Source: a virus. From it: a DNA stretch of 64,000 nucleotides. A program made the translations under genes and the position numbers. This document shows positions 54,342 to 61,435 of the stretch, piece by piece (the stretch's first letter is position 1; each line of letters starts with the position of its first letter). Below the pieces are notes generated by a model. That model was given only the letters and a program-made list of their open reading frames with translations, made no database searches and was not told where the DNA came from. The DNA lies in the IMG/VR virus record IMGVR_UViG_3300032053_000032, positions 1 to 64,000 of that record, one strand, 5' to 3'.

Positions 54342-55850
54342 GTGCATCTAGAAATCGGGAATCTGAACACGCGCGCGGTCACGGCGACGGAGGATGAATC
54401 CCGGTTTCTGCGGGAGATCCTCGCGTTCAAGGATGAGGCGGCGCAGTGGAAACGTGGCGGCGGGCGGTACGCCAAGACCGACGACAAGATCCGCCTGTTC
54501 AACCTCATGAACTCCAGCTTCCCTACGGGCTACCTGTCCATCGTCGTTCGGATGGCGCGGGAGGCTGGCTACCCGGTAGCGTGGACCGATACCCGCAAGA
54601 CGCCGGACGCGGTGCGCCTTGCAGAGCAAACCGGGTTCGTACCGGACCTCGCGTGGCTCCGAGACTACCAGCTCGAAGCGGTGAAGGCTGCGCTCCGGCG
54701 CAAGCGCGGGATCATCTGGGCGCCGACTGGAAGTGGAAAGACCGAGATCATGATCGGCATCGTGAAGGCGCTGCCTTGCAGGTGGGTAGTGCTCGTCCAT
54801 CGCGGAACGCTCATGGACCAGGCAGCGGAGCGTTACGAGAAACGCACCGGCAAGAAGGCAGGCCGAATCGCGGGTGGCATCTGGGACGTGCAGGACTTCA
54901 CCGTGGCAACCTTCCAGACCCTGGCGAAGAACGCAGGGAAGCCTGAAGCGCAACGGCTGTTCGCGGAGACTGAAGGCCTTCAGGTTGACGAGGCACACAC
55001 GCTACCAGCGGGAAGCTTCTACACCGTGGCCACCCGGTTCCATCAGGCGCACTACAGGTTCGGGCTCTCGGCGACGCCGCTCGCGCGCGGCGACCAGAAG
55101 TCCATCTTCACTGTAGCGGCGACGGGTCCTGTGATCTACCGGATTCAGGCCGAGACGCTGGTTCAGGCCGGTGTCATCGCCAGACCGGAGATCACCTTCC
55201 ACCCGGTAGCTCAGACCGTCGAGAAGCCTACCTGGCAGGGCGTCTACGGCGACGGCGTGGTGCGCTCGGCCTACCGGAACCGCAACATCGCGGAGGCCGC
55301 CAAGCGCGCTGCGAAGCCGTGCCTGGTCTTCGTGAAGGAGATCAAGCACGGCAAGGCCCTGTCAGATCTCCTCATCGACGCCGGCCTGGAAGTCGAGTTC
55401 GTCTGGGGTACCGACTCCATCGAGGAGCGGAAGGCCGCCATCACCAGGCTGGAGCGGGGTGACACGGAGGTGCTCATCGCCTCGACGGTGTTTCAGGAAG
55501 GCGTAGACATGCCGTCGATCGCGTCGGTCGTGGTCGGATCGGGCGGACGCTCCGTCATCGCGGCGCTTCAGCGCATCGGCCGCGGGATGCGCATTCACAA
55601 GGAGACGGGCAAGACCACGTTTCAGGTCTGGGACTTCGCCGACCGCGGGAACAAGTGGCTGGAGCGTCACTCGAAGCAGCGGATGGCCGCGTACTCGGGG
55701 GAAGGCTTCGCCGTGGCGGTGAAGGACTCGCCGCTCGTGGCTCCCTCGAAGCAGATGCTGAACGCGGAGGTCAAGCTCAAGGGAGCGCGGGCGCGCGCGG
55801 ACGAAGCGCGAGCTGCCGCCGCAGAGCTGGCGATCAAGAAGGTCGGCTGA
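54342..55850 (+). CDS. superfamily 2 DNA helicase (UvsW/XPB-like)
   Basis: LRDYQ, APTGSGKT, DEAH, SATP, EGVD and QRIGRGMR motifs. Confidence 0.9.
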   Translation: MHLEIGNLNTRAVTATEDESRFLREILAFKDEAAQWKRGGGRYAKTDDKIRLFNLMNSSFPTGYLSIVVRMAREAGYPVAWTDTRKTPDAVRLAEQTGFVPDLAWLRDYQLEAVKAALRRKRGIIWAPTGSGKTEIMIGIVKALPCRWVVLVHRGTLMDQAAERYEKRTGKKAGRIAGGIWDVQDFTVATFQTLAKNAGKPEAQRLFAETEGLQVDEAHTLPAGSFYTVATRFHQAHYRFGLSATPLARGDQKSIFTVAATGPVIYRIQAETLVQAGVIARPEITFHPVAQTVEKPTWQGVYGDGVVRSAYRNRNIAEAAKRAAKPCLVFVKEIKHGKALSDLLIDAGLEVEFVWGTDSIEERKAAITRLERGDTEVLIASTVFQEGVDMPSIASVVVGSGGRSVIAALQRIGRGMRIHKETGKTTFQVWDFADRGNKWLERHSKQRMAAYSGEGFAVAVKDSPLVAPSKQMLNAEVKLKGARARADEARAAAAELAIKKVG

Positions 55851-56209
55851 TGCAGAAGCCTGGCGGTAGGGTCGCGTGGGACGACGAAGGGCTCATCCGA
55901 CTGATGATCGTGACCGCGGGGGAAGCGGGCACCGGAACGGTTATCCTCGATCACGTCGAGACGGGATGGCATGGCTGCCTGCACATACGGGACGTGAACA
56001 GCCAGTGGTTGACACCTCTCGATGATGAGGCCGCTGCGGTGCTCTCAGAGGCTGCACTCGGTGCCCGGCTAGGGACGCTCGCCTCAACACGGACGACCTC
56101 GTCCAGCCGGGCGCGATCAGCCCTACACGGGCACGAGCCCGGCTCCTGGGGTGAAGGGGGCGCACACGGGTCGCAAGCGGGCCAAGCTCGTCCTCCCAGA
56201 AGAAAATAG
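55850..56209 (+). CDS. hypothetical protein
   Basis: TGATG-coupled start; 119 aa. Confidence 0.45.
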   Translation: MQKPGGRVAWDDEGLIRLMIVTAGEAGTGTVILDHVETGWHGCLHIRDVNSQWLTPLDDEAAAVLSEAALGARLGTLASTRTTSSSRARSALHGHEPGSWGEGGAHGSQAGQARPPRRK

Positions 56210-56262
56210 TTGCCACGGATGCCCAAGACCGCGTACGGTTTCCTAGTCGACCTGCCGGTTGA

Positions 56263-56392
56263 CCACTAGGAATGATGAGGTTCGTCGACAGAGAAAACGG
56301 GTTGGTTGATTACGACCTCTAGCACACCTCTCTAGAGCAAACGTGCCCTGCCCGCCGGCAGCTCTGTCGACGTACCTCTTCATTCCTAGTGG
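56263..56392. repeat. 31-bp inverted repeat (2 mismatches) upstream of the putative initiator gene
   Basis: CCACTAGGAATGATGAGGTTCGTCGACAGAG / CTCTGTCGACGTACCTCTTCATTCCTAGTGG. Confidence 0.85.
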
Positions 56393-56422
56393 CCCGCGCA
56401 CCCCTTTTGCGTAGAGGTCATC

Positions 56423-57817
56423 GTGATCGCTATCCGTCGTGATCTTCGGAACCCTGATACGGTCAGTGGTTCCGCCGTCGTCGAGGAGGCCCTCCTCCTC
56501 AAGAAGCTCGGGGGAAAAGCCTACAATATCTGGCGGTTCCTGATCGAGCACCGCAACCCGGAGACGGGTATCTCGCACGTCACCCGCGCAACTCTCGGGA
56601 GCGACCGCGTGCAGGTCGGGGGCATCAAGGACCGCGACGTCGAGTCCAAGATGAAACGCCTCTGCAAGGCAGGGCTGGTGTCCAACATCGGCTGGCGCGC
56701 GCTGAAGGTGCCGTGCAAGAAGCGCGGAGATAGCGGAGTTGTCGTATTCGACACGAAGCTCGTCTACTGCCGCGTGGTCACGGGAGCACGCGCGCAGGGG
56801 TCAACGACGTCCCAGTGCCTGGTCAGCTACCGCACGAAGGCGTGGCTTTCGGGGGCTGCCGGATGGGGTGGGAAGCGCGCTGGGGCTGGTCGCAAGAAGC
56901 AGCCGAAAACACCCCCAAAAGTAGCAGATAACGCCGCGGAATCGTTCGGCCCTGGAAACTTGGTTTTGAATCAAGAGGGGGCATCAGGGGGGGTTTCGGG
57001 CGAATCAAGTACCGTTATCTATCCGGATCCGGTCCGGAATCCGGATCCGGAAATCTTAAGAAAGATGGCCGGCGAAAAGCCGCCGGCAATTCTTTCAAAT
57101 TTTCTTCCGGAGCTAGATCAGCTCACGACCTCCGGATCCGGTCCACCGCGGAAACCGCTTCCTCTCGAAGAACCCGCCTACCCCGGTTCCGCTGTCGTGA
57201 AGACCGCTATCATTCCGCACCCGCGCGCGCTTTCCGCCGAAACCTCTGATGCGGACGCGGTCCAGTTGTGCCTCAAGCTGTTCCGCGCCGCAGCGTTCAT
57301 CCGCTTCGGGGTGCGCAGCTACCTGTACGCCCGCACACGAGACATCACGACGGTCAAGGACTGGAAGAAGTTCAAGGCGTGCGTCACAAAGATGCGCGAG
57401 CACGACATCGCTCCGGCAACGTGGATCATGTGGTCCTTCGACGCGTGGTGCTCCTTCGGCGGCCACGAGAAGACGCCGCCGATCACGTGGGTGTTTTCCG
57501 CCAACCGTGTCGACCTGCGGCACGGCTGGTTCAACTCCGAGGAACACAGCTATCAGGCGCACACGATCCAGCACGGACCGATAGCGAAAGACCTCCTGCG
57601 GCGGTGGTCGCGCATGCGCCAGACGCTGTGCATGGTCGCGCTAGCCGAGAGCCGAAATCACGATCTCGGGTTCAACTCCGACGACGTGATCCGCCTCTAC
57701 TTCCCTGGCACTACCTACGCCGACATGGTGCGCGCTACCAGACGGGAGGCGCTCGACATCACGACCGACATCGCCAACCGAATCAAGGCCGGCGAGTGGG
57801 TCTGGGGTGGGTGGTAG
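56423..57817 (+). CDS. putative replication initiator (N-terminal wHTH-like)
   Basis: Directly upstream of DnaB-like helicase and primase; central low-complexity linker overlaps repeated DNA motifs. Confidence 0.5.
   Translation: MIAIRRDLRNPDTVSGSAVVEEALLLKKLGGKAYNIWRFLIEHRNPETGISHVTRATLGSDRVQVGGIKDRDVESKMKRLCKAGLVSNIGWRALKVPCKKRGDSGVVVFDTKLVYCRVVTGARAQGSTTSQCLVSYRTKAWLSGAAGWGGKRAGAGRKKQPKTPPKVADNAAESFGPGNLVLNQEGASGGVSGESSTVIYPDPVRNPDPEILRKMAGEKPPAILSNFLPELDQLTTSGSGPPRKPLPLEEPAYPGSAVVKTAIIPHPRALSAETSDADAVQLCLKLFRAAAFIRFGVRSYLYARTRDITTVKDWKKFKACVTKMREHDIAPATWIMWSFDAWCSFGGHEKTPPITWVFSANRVDLRHGWFNSEEHSYQAHTIQHGPIAKDLLRRWSRMRQTLCMVALAESRNHDLGFNSDDVIRLYFPGTTYADMVRATRREALDITTDIANRIKAGEWVWGGW
57015..57145. 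other. candidate replication origin
   Basis: TCCGGATCCGG at 57022, 57040 and 57131 flanking AT-rich tracts inside the initiator-like gene. Confidence 0.5.
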
Positions 57818-59215
57818 ATGGCCGCCAAGAAGCCATCCGTCACGGTCGATCCGTACGGCATGAACGCGATGTTCGAGCGCGCCGCCGTCACCCTCGCTTG
57901 TACGAACACCCGCTTCTTTGGGGTGGTCGGCCGGCACCTCGAACCGGCCGCGCTGGGTTCCCCTGCGGCTCGTGACGCGCTCCTCGCGGCGCAAGCCATC
58001 GGCGCCGAAACCGGCAACGGTCCGGGCTCAGGGATGCTCGTGGTTCAGCGGCTGAGCCGCTGGATGCAGGAGGGCAAGGTCGCGCTGGAGCAGATCCTCG
58101 CGGTGTCCCAGATGCTCGACGACGCCGAGGATGCGGGCCTACCTCCAGAAACTGGCGTCGCCTCCGAGCTGGTCCCGATGCTCCAGCGACGGAAGCAGCA
58201 GGACGTTCTCCGCGAGATGATGCAGGAGTACGCCAACCGCGGTGACTTCGCGAAGGTCGCGCAGCTCCTCGCGGACTGCCAGCGTCTCGGGAAGGAGAAC
58301 AGCGACGCCGGCACGAGGTTCACCACGTCGCTCGGGTTCCTCGACGACCTGAAGACGGCGGACAAGTTCATCATGGGAGTCGTCGGCCTCGACGACGCGC
58401 TCGACGGCGGGCTCTGGCGTGGTGGGCTCGGCTGCGTTGTTGGCTCTACCGGCGCAGGCAAGAGCATGTTCCTGTCGCACGCCGCCGCTCAAGCGATGGT
58501 CACCGGGTACAACGTCGCGTACGCGACGCTGGAGCTATCGATCCCGCTCGTGCGTGTACGCCTCGCGGCGAACATCAGCGGGATCCCGATCAGCTCCATC
58601 CTGAGCGACAAGACGTCGCGCGACGTCGCGGAGTCGCGGTTGACCGCGCTCGAGACGTGCTTCGGGATGCTGCATATCCAGCACTTCACCCCGATGCTCG
58701 CCACCGTCGATGACATCAAGGCGTGGATTGACACGTGCGAGAAGACGAGCGAGCGCAAGGTTGACCTGGTCTGCATCGACTACGCGGACAAGCTCACGGC
58801 GACCGTCGGCAAGGATGCCACCGAGTACCGCACCATGCGGACCGTCTACGAAGGGCTGCGCGCATTCGCCGACGAGAAGAAGCACTGGTGCTGGACCGCC
58901 GCGCAGATGAAGGGCAAGAAGGACAAGAAGAAGCACACCGCTGACGCTGACGACGCTGCCGACTCCATGCACAAGGGGCGCATCGCGGACATCCTCCTCA
59001 CGGCCAATACCCGCGGCGACCACGGTGAGGAGATCTTGTGGAACGTGGCCAAGAACCGCGAAGGGCGCTCGAACGTCGTCTGGGGTCCGGCTCCGCACCA
59101 GTTCGAGATCGGCCGCATCGCGGACACCGAGCGCGTTCACGACATCGCCAGCCTGTTCATGGACCTCGCTGCCGAGACTAAACTGCGGGGCAATTCCCCA
59201 AGTCAACCGTCGTGA
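57818..59215 (+). CDS. DnaB-like replicative helicase
   Basis: GLDDALDGG, GSTGAGKS, YATLE, CIDYAD, WTAAQ and AKNREG motifs. Confidence 0.9.
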   Translation: MAAKKPSVTVDPYGMNAMFERAAVTLACTNTRFFGVVGRHLEPAALGSPAARDALLAAQAIGAETGNGPGSGMLVVQRLSRWMQEGKVALEQILAVSQMLDDAEDAGLPPETGVASELVPMLQRRKQQDVLREMMQEYANRGDFAKVAQLLADCQRLGKENSDAGTRFTTSLGFLDDLKTADKFIMGVVGLDDALDGGLWRGGLGCVVGSTGAGKSMFLSHAAAQAMVTGYNVAYATLELSIPLVRVRLAANISGIPISSILSDKTSRDVAESRLTALETCFGMLHIQHFTPMLATVDDIKAWIDTCEKTSERKVDLVCIDYADKLTATVGKDATEYRTMRTVYEGLRAFADEKKHWCWTAAQMKGKKDKKKHTADADDAADSMHKGRIADILLTANTRGDHGEEILWNVAKNREGRSNVVWGPAPHQFEIGRIADTERVHDIASLFMDLAAETKLRGNSPSQPS

Positions 59216-60072
59216 ACCATCACGAAGAGAACCGCCTCGCTGCCGACTCAGCGCGCGCTGCCAGGCACGCGTCGTCTGGGTGGTGGCGCGCCATCTGCCA
59301 GATCTGCCCGGTCAAGCTCGGAACGCCCGATCGGCGCGGGGGCTTCGCCGTGTTCGTTTCGACCGGCGCGTTTCACTGCTTCAGGTGCGGGACAAGCGGT
59401 CGGCTCCGCGACTGGGAAGCCAGGGAGGAAGTCGAACCTGAAGCAGCCGAGGTCGAGGCGATGGCACCGCCAGACGGCTTCTTCGAGCTGCTTGACCCGT
59501 CCATGCGCAGGTCTAAATCAGCAGAGGCGCCACGCGGGTACCTGCTCGGTCGCGGTGTAGGTCCCGAGCTGTGGGCTGCAGCGCGCATCGGCGCGTGCAT
59601 GTCCGGGAAGCACTTCGGCCGCGTGATCGTGCCCATCCTCGCGGACGATCAAGAGACGTGGCTGGGATGGGTAGGACGGGCCTGGGTACCCCGCTGCGAG
59701 CTGCCCTACCGCTACCCCGCTGGGATGGGTAGGAGGGGTCTGCTGTACAACCACGCGGCCCTGGCAGTAGAAACTGACGTTCCCGCGATCGTGGTAGAGG
59801 GCGTGATGGACGCGCTTGCGGTCTGGCCTCATGGCGTAGCGGTGCTCGGCAAGCCGTCCGAACCGCAGATCATCGCGCTCGCCGCGGCGCGCCGTCCGGT
59901 CGCAGTCGTGATGGACGGCGACGCCTGGGAAGAGGGCTGGGTACTCGGGCTGCGCTTGCGCCTCGAAGGCGCTCGGGCGGGCTCTGTCAAACTGCCACCG
60001 AAGCTCGACCCCGATCAGGTACCCCTTGACTGGCTGATGGCGGAAGCCGATCGGTGCATCGACACGCCGTGA
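59212..60072 (+). CDS. DNA primase (Zn-binding domain plus TOPRIM)
   Basis: CQIC...HCFRC, RVIVP, VVEGVMDAL and DGDA motifs. Confidence 0.88.
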   Translation: MNHHEENRLAADSARAARHASSGWWRAICQICPVKLGTPDRRGGFAVFVSTGAFHCFRCGTSGRLRDWEAREEVEPEAAEVEAMAPPDGFFELLDPSMRRSKSAEAPRGYLLGRGVGPELWAAARIGACMSGKHFGRVIVPILADDQETWLGWVGRAWVPRCELPYRYPAGMGRRGLLYNHAALAVETDVPAIVVEGVMDALAVWPHGVAVLGKPSEPQIIALAAARRPVAVVMDGDAWEEGWVLGLRLRLEGARAGSVKLPPKLDPDQVPLDWLMAEADRCIDTP

Positions 60073-60286
60073 GCGGAAATCCTTCCGACTCGCCCAAGGC
60101 GGACAAGAACGGCGTCGTCCTCGCGGTAGGGGACGACGTGTTCTGGCACGAGCGACGGATGCCCATCACCAAGTTTGATGGGCAGTTTCCACACCTGATT
60201 CAGGTACAAGACCCTGGTGGCCTAGGCGCCGGAAACGACATCAACGCCGGCAGCACCCGTCACCTTCGCGCAGATGAGGTTGAAAA

Positions 60287-60505
60287 ATGGCACGAGTCGA
60301 TGACACCGTTACTTTCCCGGACGCCCGTCTCCTCCGGGAAACGGAAAAAGCAATTCTTGTCGAAATCGACGAGGTTGAGTACTGGGTCCCCAAGTCCCAA
60401 GTTGATTCCGCCACCCGCATCCACGCTGCCGGTGACGAAGGAGAACTCGTCGTCTCTGCTTGGTGGGTCGACAAGCAGGATGGCCTCAAAGCACCAACCA
60501 GCTAG
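60287..60505 (+). CDS. small conserved phage protein
   Basis: ETEKAILV...EYWVPKSQV motif; GAGGT RBS. Confidence 0.7.
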   Translation: MARVDDTVTFPDARLLRETEKAILVEIDEVEYWVPKSQVDSATRIHAAGDEGELVVSAWWVDKQDGLKAPTS

Positions 60506-60521
60506 CTACAGGAGATTCAAC

Positions 60522-61202
60522 ATGATTCGCATCACGTCTTTCAAGGCAGAGGCCGTAGTCCTCGACGCCGTCCGGCAGGTAGCGTTCGACGACAACGCGC
60601 TGCTTATCGAGCACCTCACCCTCAACGAGGCGCACACCATCCTTCAGATGCTTGGGGGGATGCGCGCGATTGAGCAGGCCCCGGCGCTGCTTCCTGGATT
60701 CACCCCGTCGCTTGTGCCAGCCGAACCGACGGCAGTTCAGCAGGTCATCGTCAGGGCCGCTGCTCCTGCTCCGACGAACGGCCACGCCGCTCCAGCTACA
60801 CCCGCTCCGGCTACCGCAGCTCCGGCTCAAGCGCGCCGCCGTACGGCTCACGTGGGAACCGGAGACTCGGCGGTCCCGGCTCAGCCTGCGCCTCCAGCGC
60901 CACAGCCTGCCCAGGAAGCGCCCGGTCCGAAGCCACCGGCTGACCCGGTACCCGTCAACGCGCCGATCGCCGCCAAGGGCGTAGCGGACATCCCGCTCGC
61001 GGTCCTCAACGCACCGAAGCTCCGCGACGTGCTGGTCTACCTCTCCGAGAGCGGCCTCAAGAGCGCGGACGACCTCGTCAAGAAGTGCATGGAGTTCCAG
61101 CCGCACGTCGCCTGCCTCACCAGGATCGCCAACCTGGAGGACCGCGTCCGCCGCGCCCTCGAAGTCATGGGGCTGGAAACTGGCAGCCCGGCCGCGGCGT
61201 GA
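60522..61202 (+). CDS. hypothetical protein with Pro/Ala-rich linker (possible longer isoform from GTG 60069)
   Basis: AGGAG RBS before ATG 60522; the same frame is open back to 60054. Confidence 0.6.
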   Translation: MIRITSFKAEAVVLDAVRQVAFDDNALLIEHLTLNEAHTILQMLGGMRAIEQAPALLPGFTPSLVPAEPTAVQQVIVRAAAPAPTNGHAAPATPAPATAAPAQARRRTAHVGTGDSAVPAQPAPPAPQPAQEAPGPKPPADPVPVNAPIAAKGVADIPLAVLNAPKLRDVLVYLSESGLKSADDLVKKCMEFQPHVACLTRIANLEDRVRRALEVMGLETGSPAAA

Positions 61203-61435
61203 TCCCGCCATCCGAGATAGTCAACCACCCTCAGCACTACGGGGGTGACACCACCTACGAAGCGATCAAGGTGATCGAGGCGTGGGGGCTAGGGTTCTGT
61301 CTCGGCAACGTCGTAAAATACATCGCCCGCGCGGAGCACAAGGGTGCCCCGATCGACGATCTTGAGAAGGCTCGCTGGTATCTCGATCGCGAAATAGCAC
61401 GACGTCGGCGTGAGAAAGAAGTGCAGCGTAAGTGA
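61199..61435 (+). CDS. DUF3310 family protein
   Basis: VNHPQHY...GFCLGNVVKYIARAEHKG...DLEKARWYL. Confidence 0.85.
   Translation: MIPPSEIVNHPQHYGGDTTYEAIKVIEAWGLGFCLGNVVKYIARAEHKGAPIDDLEKARWYLDREIARRRREKEVQRK

Noticed and set aside
54133-54351. 72-aa ORF whose -1 frame (GEWLDELELAVL...) looks more protein-like, suggesting a frameshifted gene
   Set aside because: No slippery site or recognisable homology; cannot distinguish pseudogene, sequencing error or chance
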